64,000 nucleotides of DNA from Gemmatimonadota bacterium. Lineage in GTDB: Bacteria > Gemmatimonadota > Gemmatimonadetes > Gemmatimonadales > GWC2-71-9. Location of the stretch: assembly GCA_036679605.1 (NCBI GenBank), contig JAZDCZ010000218.1, positions 34,318 to 98,317 on the forward strand, written 5' to 3'. Shown in pieces: positions 1-9,428 of this stretch (position 1 is its first letter; each line of letters begins with the position of its first letter). Below the pieces are notes generated by a model. That model did no database searches. It was not told the DNA's origin and saw nothing but the letters and a program-made list of their open reading frames with translations. The position numbers and the translations under genes were made by a program.

Positions 1-1
1 G

Positions 2-454
2 ATCATCGCGGTCAACAAATGGGATCTGATCGCCGAGAAAGACACTCAGTCGGCGCACCGTGGCCAGAAGTCCATTTTGAAGCGGGCGCCGTTCCTGGCT
101 GTGTTTCCGTTCGTTTACATGTCGGCGCTCACGGGCCTAAGAGCGCGGAAAATATTGGATCTAGTGCTCGAGGTGTCTGAGGCGCGCAAGCACCGAGTAC
201 CTACGGCAGAGGTAAACAGGGTTCTTGAGGCCATTATTGAGCGCAATCACCCGTCGCAAAAGCCGGGTAAGGAGGTGAAGCTGCTGTACGCATCACAAAT
301 TGGCATCAACCCGCCCACCTTCGCGGTCGTTTCCAATCGGCCCAATGCCATCCCGGAATCGTATCGACGTTACATAGCGCGTGGTTTTCGAGAGGCCTGG
401 GAATTCACTGGCTCACCGTTGGTTCTCAAATTCCGCCGCAAGCGCAGCCGGTGA
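2..454 (+). CDS. der: Ribosome biogenesis GTPase Der (EngA), 5'-truncated at window edge
   Basis: Frame from base 2 reads IIAVNKWDL (G4 motif of GD2), then SALTG and a KH-like C-terminal domain (KLLYASQ..PPTF..PESYRRY..F.GSP); precedes plsY-gpsA. Confidence 0.95.
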   Translation: MIAVNKWDLIAEKDTQSAHRGQKSILKRAPFLAVFPFVYMSALTGLRARKILDLVLEVSEARKHRVPTAEVNRVLEAIIERNHPSQKPGKEVKLLYASQIGINPPTFAVVSNRPNAIPESYRRYIARGFREAWEFTGSPLVLKFRRKRSR

Positions 455-1062
455 CCGATCTTTTCCTCTGGATGGGAGCCGCGTACCTCTTGGGTTCCGT
501 GCCAGTGGCTTATCTCGCCGGTCGGCTCGGCGCCGGAATCGACCTCAGGGAACACGGCAGTAAGAATGTCGGTGCGACCAACGTGCAGCGAGTGCTGGGC
601 TGGAAGTTCTCGATTCCGGTAGGGGTGCTTGACATTGCCAAGGGTGTAGTGGCCACGTCCGTCCTTGGCACGCGTGCCGGAAGCGCACCCTGGATGCAAA
701 TCGCTATCGGGTCCGCCGCAGTTATCGGACACGTTTTCTCAGTGTTTCTTGGTTTCCGTGGCGGCAAGGGAGTGGCCACTGCTGCCGGCGTCGTCTTAGT
801 GCTGGCTCCTGGTGCTCTGGGCATCAGCGCACTGATTTGGCTGGCAACTGTGGCGGTGACAGGATACGTATCACTTGCCTCGATCCTCGCAGCAGCAGCA
901 TTCCCCGTAGCCACCTGGATCACTCTGCCCAAGAACTACTACACGATTGGCGTAGGAGTTGTACTTGCCACTTTCATCTTGTTAACGCACCGCGTCAACA
1001 TCCAGCGGCTGAGAGCCGGCACAGAGAACCGGTTTCGTGGCCTCAGACGAGGACGGCAGTGA
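451..1062 (+). CDS. plsY: Glycerol-3-phosphate acyltransferase PlsY
   Basis: YLLGSVP, DLREHGSKNVGATNV, GH.FSVFLGFRGGKGVAT, HRVNIQRL.AGTE motifs. Confidence 0.97.
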   Translation: MTDLFLWMGAAYLLGSVPVAYLAGRLGAGIDLREHGSKNVGATNVQRVLGWKFSIPVGVLDIAKGVVATSVLGTRAGSAPWMQIAIGSAAVIGHVFSVFLGFRGGKGVATAAGVVLVLAPGALGISALIWLATVAVTGYVSLASILAAAAFPVATWITLPKNYYTIGVGVVLATFILLTHRVNIQRLRAGTENRFRGLRRGRQ

Positions 1063-2057
1063 GAATCGGAGTCGTTGGGGCCGGCAGCTGGGGCACGACG
1101 CTGGCAGACTTACTGGCCCGGTGCGGACATGACGTAATGATCTGGGCCAGAGAGCCGGAAGTGGTGCAATCCATCAACAACCGTCGAATGAATGATCTCT
1201 TTCTGCCAGACGCCCAGCTCGCCGAGGGACTATCTGCGGAATCTCGACTCGTTGAGGTGGTACAGGGAAGGGAACTCATCGTTTCTGCGACTCCGTCTCA
1301 TGCGGTGCGCGAAGTCAGCACTCAGATCGGCGCCGGACTAACTGATCCAGCAACAGTCGTTGTAAGTGTCTCGAAAGGGCTGGAAGCCGATACCCTGAAG
1401 CCAATGAGCGACGTGCTCTGCGAAACACTGCCCGGCGCAGCGGTTGTAGCCTTGTCAGGACCCAGCTTCGCTCGCGAAGTATTCGATCGATGCCCCACGG
1501 CCGTCGTTGCTGCTTCAGATAACATCGTTGCAGCGGAAACAACGCAACAGGTATTCTCGACCGGATATTTTCGCGTCTACACTAGCGCAGATCCATACGG
1601 AGTGCAGCTAGGAGGTGCGCTGAAGAACGTGCACGCGATTGCGGCAGGGATCTTGGAAGGCCTTGCACTGGGCCACAACGCCAGCGCGGCCCTCATTACG
1701 CGCGGACTCGCCGAAATGACCCGGCTGGGCCAGGCGCTGGGGTGCGATCCGATGACCTTTGCCGGCCTGGCCGGAATGGGTGACTTGATTCTGACGGCGA
1801 CCGGATCTCAAAGTCGGAATCGTTCGCTCGGAGTCGAATTGGCAACCGGCCGAACGTTGGACGACATTCTCTCCGAACGCAGAACTGTTGCGGAGGGAGT
1901 TCGAACAGCAGAGGCAGCTGTTTCACTCGGTGAGCGCACGGGAGTCGAACTGCCGATCGCCTCCGAAGTGTGTGCCGTCCTGTTCGAGGGCAAACCACCC
2001 AGAAAAGCCCTTGCGGATCTGATGGAACGAGAATTGAAGCCCGAGCGTTGGTCATGA
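1059..2057 (+). CDS. gpsA: NAD(P)H-dependent glycerol-3-phosphate dehydrogenase
   Basis: GAGSWGT, SKGLE, LSGPSFA, GALKNV, GLAGMGDLILT, SRNR; GTG start overlaps plsY stop (ORF-track start 837 too long). Confidence 0.97.
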   Translation: MRIGVVGAGSWGTTLADLLARCGHDVMIWAREPEVVQSINNRRMNDLFLPDAQLAEGLSAESRLVEVVQGRELIVSATPSHAVREVSTQIGAGLTDPATVVVSVSKGLEADTLKPMSDVLCETLPGAAVVALSGPSFAREVFDRCPTAVVAASDNIVAAETTQQVFSTGYFRVYTSADPYGVQLGGALKNVHAIAAGILEGLALGHNASAALITRGLAEMTRLGQALGCDPMTFAGLAGMGDLILTATGSQSRNRSLGVELATGRTLDDILSERRTVAEGVRTAEAAVSLGERTGVELPIASEVCAVLFEGKPPRKALADLMERELKPERWS

Positions 2058-2431
2058 CCGTATCGCGCGCAGTACAGGAATACTTCTCAATCGGCGACGT
2101 TTGCCAACTCACAGACCTCAAACCACATGTTCTACGGTATTGGGAGAGCCAGTTCAGGTTCCTCAATCCGGTCAAGAATAGATCGGGCAATAGGGTATAT
2201 CAGAGACGCGAGATAGAGCTGATAATGTTGGTAAAACATCTCCTGTATACCGACAAGTACACGATCGAAGGTGCCCGCAAGCGCATTGAATACTACCGAC
2301 GCACCGGCTCCCTCAAATCGGAAGGACGTCTCGCCCTAGAACAAGAGACGATCGAGAATCTCACTAAGGAACTTCGGAGCATCCTCGATATCCTCGACGG
2401 GAAAACGCCGGTTGAAGATCCTAATAACTAA
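2054..2431 (+). CDS. MerR-family transcriptional regulator
   Basis: YFSIGDV...KPHVLRYWESQF..L.P.KNRSGNRVY..YTIEGA; ATG overlaps gpsA stop. Confidence 0.92.
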   Translation: MTVSRAVQEYFSIGDVCQLTDLKPHVLRYWESQFRFLNPVKNRSGNRVYQRREIELIMLVKHLLYTDKYTIEGARKRIEYYRRTGSLKSEGRLALEQETIENLTKELRSILDILDGKTPVEDPNN

Positions 2432-3161
2432 CGACGACGGCATCGATGCACGCGGTCTCAACATTCTTGCCGACATCTGTCGGGAGATCGGCCATGTCAC
2501 GGTTGTTGCACCTGACCGCGAACAGAGCGGTGCCAGCCACTCGCTCACGCTACACCGACCACTCCGACCCCTGAGCACTGGAGAAAATACCTACCAGGTC
2601 GATGGCACTCCGACCGACTGCGTTTTGCTAGCCCTCGGTAAATTGTTGCCCGAAATGCCCGATTTTGTATTTTCCGGAATTAATCACGGCCCTAACATGG
2701 GAGAGGATGTCCTCTATTCCGGAACGGTGGCCGGAGCAATGGAGGGTTTGACTCTCGGCATTCCCGGTGTTGCTTTTTCGTTGGCGGGCCGGAATTTGGA
2801 TTTACTCGAGACCTTTCGGCCGCTGCTCCACCGAATCATCGAGCGCATAATCGGACTACCAGAGTTCCCAACTGATATGCTTCTGAACGTCAACCTCCCG
2901 GGAATTCCTGGTGACGAGGTCCAGGGCGTTCGCACCACAACGCTGGGAAAGCGCGTTTACTCCGAATCACTAGCCGAGACAACCGATCCGTGGGGCCGAA
3001 CCGTTTATTGGATCGGCGGAGGACAGATTTCGTGGTCCGGGCGGGAGGATTGCGACTTTCGTGCTGTCCAGGAGGGACACGTCTCGATAACTCCTCTCCA
3101 CGTGGACCTCACGAACTACACGTTACTGGAAACTGTAGGCCGATGGGAACTGGGCGGCTAG
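2412..3161 (+). CDS. surE: 5'/3'-nucleotidase SurE
   Basis: ILITNDDG, APDREQSGASHSLT, GTPTDCV, SGINHGPNMG.DVLYSGTV. Confidence 0.97.
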   Translation: MKILITNDDGIDARGLNILADICREIGHVTVVAPDREQSGASHSLTLHRPLRPLSTGENTYQVDGTPTDCVLLALGKLLPEMPDFVFSGINHGPNMGEDVLYSGTVAGAMEGLTLGIPGVAFSLAGRNLDLLETFRPLLHRIIERIIGLPEFPTDMLLNVNLPGIPGDEVQGVRTTTLGKRVYSESLAETTDPWGRTVYWIGGGQISWSGREDCDFRAVQEGHVSITPLHVDLTNYTLLETVGRWELGG

Positions 3162-3802
3162 CCGACAGTTACGGAGGCTACCGAGCGAGTCTCGTAGAGA
3201 AACTCCGGGCGAATGGCATCCGGGACATAGCTGTGCTGAGGGCGTTCGGGGAAGTCCCAAGGCACCTTTTTGTCCCCGAGGCCCTGCGAGGACGAGCCTA
3301 TGAGGATGTGGCGCTGCCAATCGGAAGAGGACAGACAATCTCACAACCCACGACTCAGGCCAAGTATTTGGAGGCATTGGCGCTTGCAGGAGAGGAGCGA
3401 GTCTTGGAAATAGGAACCGGTTCGGGCTACCAGGCAGCTCTGCTTTCTTATCTCGTACCGCAGGTCATTTCGGTCGAACGAATCCCTAATCTGGCGACCG
3501 AGGCCCGGGAAGCCTTGAAAACGGCTGAAATCTCGGGCGTCACGGTCCTCGTCGGAGATGGATCTCTTGGATGGGCTCCACTAGCTCCCTACGGCGCCAT
3601 TCTTGTCTCAGCCGCGAGCCCAAGCATACCTGAACCACTGATTCACCAATTGGCTGACGGCGGGCGAATGGTGGTTCCAGTCGGCGGCAATGACTCTCAG
3701 GACCTGAAACTGCTCACGCTAAAAGGCGGACAATGCACCGAGACGGCACTCGGAACGGTCGAATTTGTGCCCCTCATAGGGCGCTACGGGTTTCGGAACT
3801 AG
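3143..3802 (+). CDS. pcm: Protein-L-isoaspartate O-methyltransferase
   Basis: VPRHLFV, AYED.ALPIG.GQTISQP, VLEIGTGSGYQAA, GDGSLGW, FVPL; follows surE. Confidence 0.96.
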   Translation: MGTGRLADSYGGYRASLVEKLRANGIRDIAVLRAFGEVPRHLFVPEALRGRAYEDVALPIGRGQTISQPTTQAKYLEALALAGEERVLEIGTGSGYQAALLSYLVPQVISVERIPNLATEAREALKTAEISGVTVLVGDGSLGWAPLAPYGAILVSAASPSIPEPLIHQLADGGRMVVPVGGNDSQDLKLLTLKGGQCTETALGTVEFVPLIGRYGFRN

Positions 3803-3805
3803 CAT

Positions 3806-4465
3806 ATGCTCGAGACTGTGGTCACCTGGCTCACAGACATGATCTTTGGGCTGGGCTATGTCGGAATTGCCCTTCTCATGGCCTTGGAATCTTCTTTCGT
3901 GCCATTTCCGAGTGAAGTCGTCCTGCCTCCTGCCGGATACTTGGCATCGCAAGGCCGGATGAGCGCGCCACTGGCAGTTCTAGCGGGCTTGGCGGGCAGC
4001 CTCCTGGGAGCACTGTTCAACTATTTTCTCGCTGCCAAACTGGGTCGACCCCTGTTGCATCGCTACGGGAGATATCTGCTGCTGAAAAGAGCGTCCTTGG
4101 ATCGAGCAGAGCTGTTCTTCCAGCGCCACGGTGAGATCAGCATGTTTATCGGGCGGCTGGTCCCGGTGATTCGCCAGGTAATCTCACTTCCCGCAGGGCT
4201 GGCTCGAATGAGCCTGAAGAAGTTTGTGCTCTACACTGGGCTTGGAGCAGGCATTTGGTGCGCCGTGCTAACCTACATAGGTTGGTACGTCGGAAAGCAC
4301 GCTCCTGCGATCGCGAGCCTCGATCAACTCCTTCAGAGCCCCGAAGTGCGCTCATATTCGCGCCTTGCCCTGCTAATCATGACGCCCTTTATTCTGGCTG
4401 TGATCGCCGTGTACGTTTACAGGCAGCGAAGAGCAGCCTCAGTCGTCGGCGGCGGCGATGCCTGA
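3806..4465 (+). CDS. DedA family membrane protein
   Basis: LESSFVPFPSEVVLPPAG, FIGRLVPVIRQVISLPAG. Confidence 0.93.
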   Translation: MLETVVTWLTDMIFGLGYVGIALLMALESSFVPFPSEVVLPPAGYLASQGRMSAPLAVLAGLAGSLLGALFNYFLAAKLGRPLLHRYGRYLLLKRASLDRAELFFQRHGEISMFIGRLVPVIRQVISLPAGLARMSLKKFVLYTGLGAGIWCAVLTYIGWYVGKHAPAIASLDQLLQSPEVRSYSRLALLIMTPFILAVIAVYVYRQRRAASVVGGGDA

Positions 4466-4742
4466 GGAGCCTCTGACAATCAGGTGGGTTATTTCGGGAA
4501 GAGTGCAGCAGGTTGGGTTCAGATGGTTTGTGCTGCGTCGTGCCGCAGATCTCCGAGTGAAAGGCTGGGCCCGGAACCTTGCGGATGGACGAGTTGAAGT
4601 GGTAGGGAGGGGAACAGCAGAAGACCTCCGCGCCCTGGAGACCGAACTCTTGCAGGGACCCCTCATGGCCCGTGTTGACAATGTGGAAAAGGGCGATTCT
4701 CCACATGACATCCCGACCATTAATTCATTTGATATCAAGTAG
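4458..4742 (+). CDS. acyP: Acylphosphatase
   Basis: ISGRVQQVGFRW, GWARNLADGRVEV, GP..ARV. Confidence 0.93.
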   Translation: MPEEPLTIRWVISGRVQQVGFRWFVLRRAADLRVKGWARNLADGRVEVVGRGTAEDLRALETELLQGPLMARVDNVEKGDSPHDIPTINSFDIK

Positions 4743-4752
4743 TTAGGAGAAA

Positions 4753-5298
4753 ATGTCCATATCTTCAGGTAGTTCACGTGATTTATACGAATCAATTAGG
4801 GACGTTCCGGACTTCCCGAAGCCGGGCATAACATTCAAGGATATCACTCCTCTCCTACTGGATCACCAGCTATTCGATCTGGCACTCCGACAGATGGCTG
4901 AGCCGTTCCGAGACCTGGGGATCCAACGCGTCCTCGCAGTTGAATCTCGGGGATTCATCTTGGGCGGCCCGATCTCAATTGCCCTCGGTGCAGGACTCGT
5001 TCTGGCCCGCAAGGTCGGCAAGCTGCCGTGGAAGAAACGTCGAATTGACTACTCACTGGAGTATGGCACTGACGCGATCGAGGTGCACCTCGACTCCATC
5101 GATCCCGGCCAAAGGGTGTTGGTGGTGGACGACGTCTTGGCAACCGGTGGAACCGCGGAGGCGGCCGCTCGCTCTGTTTCCGAAGCTGGCGCGGAGTTGG
5201 TCGGCTTTAGTTTCCTCATTGAACTCTCGGACCTAGGTGGTCGCGAGAAGTTGCCGGATACAAAGATCTCCAGCCTCTTGACCTACCCACGGCAGTAA
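4753..5298 (+). CDS. apt: Adenine phosphoribosyltransferase
   Basis: PDFPKPGITFKDITPLL, ESRGF, RK.GKLP, YSLEYG, VVDDVLATGGT. Confidence 0.97.
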   Translation: MSISSGSSRDLYESIRDVPDFPKPGITFKDITPLLLDHQLFDLALRQMAEPFRDLGIQRVLAVESRGFILGGPISIALGAGLVLARKVGKLPWKKRRIDYSLEYGTDAIEVHLDSIDPGQRVLVVDDVLATGGTAEAAARSVSEAGAELVGFSFLIELSDLGGREKLPDTKISSLLTYPRQ

Positions 5299-5351
5299 CC
5301 GGGGCAGGAGTTGGATACCCTCAATGATCTGGTTAGTTTTTTCGGGCTGCT

Positions 5352-5425
5352 GCCCCTGTAGCTCAGTTGGATAGAGCAGCGGTTTCCTAAACCGTTGGCC
5401 GGGTGTTCGAGTCACCCCAGGGGCA
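5352..5425 (+). tRNA. tRNA-Arg (anticodon CCT); CCA end not encoded
   Basis: Acceptor GCCCCTG/CAGGGGC, D-arm GCTCAGTTGGATAGAGC, anticodon stem GCGGT-TTCCTAA-ACCGT, T-loop GTTCGAGTC. Confidence 0.96.
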
Positions 5426-5459
5426 TGTACCGAGGTAGCTCGATCAACCAAGACCTATT

Positions 5460-6140
5460 GTGACGAAAAGAGCATACGTGACTGCACCGCATAGAGTAGA
5501 ACACGACCCTGTTGCCCAGGTAACCGAGTGGATCAAGCGCCGAAAGCGAGTCCTCATAGCATCAGCTATAGCACTGGCCGTCATCGGTGTCAGCGTATGG
5601 TTTACATCCAGCGCCAAGCAGAGAAGGGAGCAATTCGGGGCGATCGCTTTGGCAAACGCTAGGGTCGCTGCCGGTGCCGGTAATCTTGCCTTGGCTGCGA
5701 GTGACCTTTCGAGGCTCGTCAACACCTTTGCAGGAAGCGACGCAGCGGAGGAAGCCGCCATCCTGCTAGGTCAGGTTCGCCTCTTGGCGGGTCAACCCGC
5801 CGCCGCGGTGACGGAACTCCGCAAGTTCATCGCGCAGGGCCCAAGTAGTCAGTTTGAGGCCTCAGCACACGGGCTCCTCGCCACCGCTCTCGAACAAGCC
5901 AACAACCCCGCCCAGGCAGCCGAATCCTACCTCACCGCCGCATCCGTGGCATGGTATGACTTCCTCAAGGCCCAGTACCTCAATGACGCAGCTAGAACCT
6001 TCGCTCTGGCCGGAGACACCGCTCGAGCGGCGACCACATACCAGAGGGTCCTCGACGAGTTTGGTGAGACCGATATGGCAGTGGAGGCCAAGATAAGGCT
6101 GGCCGAACTCAAGCCCACAGCAGTCGAAATCGGGCGTTAG
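5460..6140 (+). CDS. Membrane-anchored TPR protein (YfgM-like)
   Basis: N-terminal basic patch plus one TM helix, then Ala-rich helical TPR-like repeats. Confidence 0.7.
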   Translation: MTKRAYVTAPHRVEHDPVAQVTEWIKRRKRVLIASAIALAVIGVSVWFTSSAKQRREQFGAIALANARVAAGAGNLALAASDLSRLVNTFAGSDAAEEAAILLGQVRLLAGQPAAAVTELRKFIAQGPSSQFEASAHGLLATALEQANNPAQAAESYLTAASVAWYDFLKAQYLNDAARTFALAGDTARAATTYQRVLDEFGETDMAVEAKIRLAELKPTAVEIGR

Positions 6141-6187
6141 GAGGTACCGGAGTCCAGCCTGGTGTAGTGGAAAACCGCCACACCGTA

Positions 6188-6215
6188 ACTGCGTATAATA
6201 TATGTTATGTTAACT
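6188..6215. other. dif: dif site (XerC/XerD chromosome dimer resolution site)
   Basis: ACTGCGTATAA-TATATG-TTATGTTAACT versus E. coli GGTGCGCATAA-TGTATA-TTATGTTAAAT; intergenic between convergent genes. Confidence 0.9.
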
Positions 6216-6333
6216 ACGTGACGTTCTCTCTGTGGACAACTGCCACCTTTGGCTCCGTAAGCGGTTTGTAACCTCAAATTGTACAACTGGTTAGATACCG
6301 GACCTTCGTCCTCAACAATAGCGACCTGGAGAG

Positions 6334-7056
6334 TTATAGCCGGCGCAGCAATGCCTGAAATCGGAGACGCCAGACCATCCAAACGGCCTCCCGGATAATC
6401 GCGTGTGACATCTTGCTTTCGCCCTCGCTCCTGTCTACAAAAACGATCGGGATCTCCTTGATCCTGAAGCCTTGGCGGAATGCGCGAAAGCTCATCTCAA
6501 TCTGAAACGCGTAACCGTTGGACCTGACCGCCGTAAGATCTATCGCCTCGAGGACCCGCCTTCTAAAGCACTTGAACCCTCCGGTGGCGTCACATAGGCT
6601 GTGACCGGTGATCACCCTGGCATAAATGTTCGCCGCATAGCTCAAGAAGAGACGCGGCATTGGCCAGTTCACCACCGTCACCCGCCCGTCGAGATAACGT
6701 GAGCCCAGGACCAGATCTGCCTTCTCCACAGCGCGCAGGAATTCAGGCAGATGCCTTGGGTCGTGCGAGCGATCTGCGTCCATCTCGAAGACATACTCGT
6801 AGTCGCGTTCAAGGGCCCATCTGAAGCCGGCTAGGTAGGCCGTGCCGAGTCCTAGCTTTCCCTCTCGATGCAGGACATGGATCCTGGGATCAGCACCGGC
6901 CAGCTCATCGGCCAACTTGCCTGTCCCGTCCGGCGAATTGTCGTCCACCACCAGAACGTCTATGCGATCGTCTTGTGCCAGCACTTGGGGAACGATCTCT
7001 GGAAGATTGCTGCACTCGTTATAGGTCGGCATGACGACCAGTGCACGGTCGCTCAC
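6334..7056 (-). CDS. Polyprenol monophosphomannose synthase (DPM1-like GT2)
   Basis: PTYNE, VVDDNSPDGT, GLGTAY, EMDAD.SH, GSRY, DATGGFK, GYAFQIEM. Confidence 0.9.
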   Translation of the reverse strand: MSDRALVVMPTYNECSNLPEIVPQVLAQDDRIDVLVVDDNSPDGTGKLADELAGADPRIHVLHREGKLGLGTAYLAGFRWALERDYEYVFEMDADRSHDPRHLPEFLRAVEKADLVLGSRYLDGRVTVVNWPMPRLFLSYAANIYARVITGHSLCDATGGFKCFRRRVLEAIDLTAVRSNGYAFQIEMSFRAFRQGFRIKEIPIVFVDRSEGESKMSHAIIREAVWMVWRLRFQALLRRL

Positions 7057-9428
7057 GCGGCACGCCTCCGAATGACGCCCGGTACCACTAGGCCCACAAT
7101 GACGAGAAATAGGCCAGATAAGGTGACCATCCTGCCCACCGAGTAGTCACCGCTCTCGAACCTCAGCTCCACCCTCTCGGCACCCTCAGGCACCGGGACA
7201 GTGATGAGAGAGACATTGCCCCGTACCACCGGCACCGGAACCCCATCGACGGTCGCCTTCCAGTCTTTGTACCAGTTTTCACTGACGATGAGGTAGGCAT
7301 CTTGTGGCGCAGGCGGCTCTAGTCGTATAGACATCTTCCCCGGTGCCCACTCTTCAAAGCGAACGTGATTATCCAATGGTTGCGGCAACTCGGTGGGCGG
7401 CGCAGGATCGAGCGGGGCCTCGGGGCCCAGCAGCACTGCCTGCCCGACGGAAAATCTGGCATTCGAGATCACGGGGATCGCCTGCTCGTCAGGGACCTTG
7501 ACGGCCGTCGGCACAAGGCGGCCATACGGCCGCGCTTCAATGGCCTCCAACAACGATACTCGACCGCCGGCGGCCGTCTGCACCTGCTCCAAAACCAGCC
7601 GGTACGACTCCTCAAAGTCGGGAATCCTCGAAAGGTCTATTTGGCCAGACACTATGAAGTACTTGACGGCATATAGATCCCAAATATGGGGATTCATCGA
7701 GTTACTCAAGCTGTTTTGTCCGCCCATCAATTCATCGAAGCGGTGGAGTTCGGTGCCGTGGTGGCCTAGCAGCTGCGAGATATCGTGCGTCATGAGGCTC
7801 GAACCCGGATAGTCGCTGGACAGATTGAGGATCCTATACGGTTTCGGAACTGCGTTCAGAAACTGCGTTACTTGGTCCGGCCCGTGCACGTCCTCCGCGT
7901 TCGAGAAAACCCAGAACTCTCGGGCGTTACGCCACAGGTCACCGCTCACAATCAAGATTAGCATCAATCCAAGAACCGCGGGCTTCACGCGGCCGTTCAG
8001 CGCGGCCAGGCCCACACCAGCGGCCAGCCCCAAGGCAACTGTGCTACCGACGGAGCTCCAGCGAATCACGGTGGCAGCCTGGGAGGCTATGCTAATTGCG
8101 GGGCGGTTGGTTGCCTGCTGTACCCCTCTGGCCAACGAAGTTGCCATCCCTCCAAATGCACCTACTAGTGCCAGCAGGGCAAGCATACCGGCCATGACCA
8201 ACCACACGGTCAACTGCCTCTTACCTTCCCCACTCTCCAACCTTTCGACACCGAAGGCAGCGAACAGAGACACGACCAGGGCGACGATGTACAGTGCCAT
8301 CCCAGGTGCCCGGGTTTGCTTCACAAATGGCACTACCTCGTACCACAACCGGTAGAACGGTGTATTTGCACCCAGTGCAACCAAGAGGAATAGTATGCCG
8401 ATTCCCCCCAACCAATAGATCAAGCTCCGCCGCGCCACCCCGATACCCAAAACAGCAAGCATGATTACCGGCAGGCCAAGATACTCGGAGTGCAGTTTGA
8501 TGGGATTCGAACCCCAATACGTCCCTGCCCCGGTCTGACCGACAAATTTCGACAAGAAAAACTCTGGAACGTGGACCCACGGAATCGCATAGGAAGTCGC
8601 GCCTTCCCAGCCACGAAAGCTTTCAGCCCGCGGGGAGAACGGTATGTATTGGTAAAACGGAAGCATCTGTATCGCACCGATCATGAAACCCACGACTACT
8701 GCTCCGAGCGCCAACGATAAGGCTGTGACGCGACTCGAGATCGACTGGTCTGTGGGATCGCCGAAAGTGAGATAGAGCCCGAATAGGGCGGAAGCCAGCA
8801 TGAAGTACTGTGTCATCTGTGGATGGGGACTCAACAGCGCCAAACCCATCGCCAGAGCCAATATCGCGTAGCCCTCGAGCTTGCGGTCTCGGATAGCCAT
8901 CACCAGGGCCAAGAACGCCAGTGGAAGCAAAGCGGTTACGAATAACTTGCCGTCATGCCCGGGTTGCACGTAAGACGCGATGACTCCAGATAGCTGATAA
9001 CTGAGCCCGCCGACCATACAACCAGCCCAACTCACCTTCAGGCGACGAAGCAACAGGTATGTGAAGAGCCCTGCCAGTACGTAATGAACGACAAAGCCGA
9101 GGTCCATCGCGAACGCCGTCGGGAGGAGGAGACGCAGCCATGCCGTGGGGTAAAAAATGTCCCCATGCATGCCGGCCACATATGGCAGTCCTCCAAAAAT
9201 ATTGGGATCCCACAAAGGTATGTGACCGAGGGCTTTCCATTGTACGGCCTGCCAGTGCCGCCACGCGTAGCCGGTAGCGTACTGATCGCTAAGAGGTCCG
9301 GCGAGAAACTTCCCCTGCCACATTGGAAACGATAGGATCGCTATCCAAAGCGTAGAGAGAGCTACCGCACTCAAGGTTGGATGCGGTGGTTCAAAGCGAG
9401 TAATCGTCGGCTTAAGCGGACTCGACAA
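7053..9428 (-). CDS. YfhO-like multi-pass membrane protein (putative GT-C glycosyltransferase)
   Basis: PLWDPNIFGGLP, FYP, many TM helices, C-terminal SENWYKDWKATVDG...VPVPEG...VELRF typical of YfhO family. Confidence 0.8.
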   Translation of the reverse strand: MSSPLKPTITRFEPPHPTLSAVALSTLWIAILSFPMWQGKFLAGPLSDQYATGYAWRHWQAVQWKALGHIPLWDPNIFGGLPYVAGMHGDIFYPTAWLRLLLPTAFAMDLGFVVHYVLAGLFTYLLLRRLKVSWAGCMVGGLSYQLSGVIASYVQPGHDGKLFVTALLPLAFLALVMAIRDRKLEGYAILALAMGLALLSPHPQMTQYFMLASALFGLYLTFGDPTDQSISSRVTALSLALGAVVVGFMIGAIQMLPFYQYIPFSPRAESFRGWEGATSYAIPWVHVPEFFLSKFVGQTGAGTYWGSNPIKLHSEYLGLPVIMLAVLGIGVARRSLIYWLGGIGILFLLVALGANTPFYRLWYEVVPFVKQTRAPGMALYIVALVVSLFAAFGVERLESGEGKRQLTVWLVMAGMLALLALVGAFGGMATSLARGVQQATNRPAISIASQAATVIRWSSVGSTVALGLAAGVGLAALNGRVKPAVLGLMLILIVSGDLWRNAREFWVFSNAEDVHGPDQVTQFLNAVPKPYRILNLSSDYPGSSLMTHDISQLLGHHGTELHRFDELMGGQNSLSNSMNPHIWDLYAVKYFIVSGQIDLSRIPDFEESYRLVLEQVQTAAGGRVSLLEAIEARPYGRLVPTAVKVPDEQAIPVISNARFSVGQAVLLGPEAPLDPAPPTELPQPLDNHVRFEEWAPGKMSIRLEPPAPQDAYLIVSENWYKDWKATVDGVPVPVVRGNVSLITVPVPEGAERVELRFESGDYSVGRMVTLSGLFLVIVGLVVPGVIRRRAA

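Noticed and set aside
5352..5460. tRNA-Arg as an integration site
   Set aside because: No duplicated tRNA 3' end or adjacent integrase noticed
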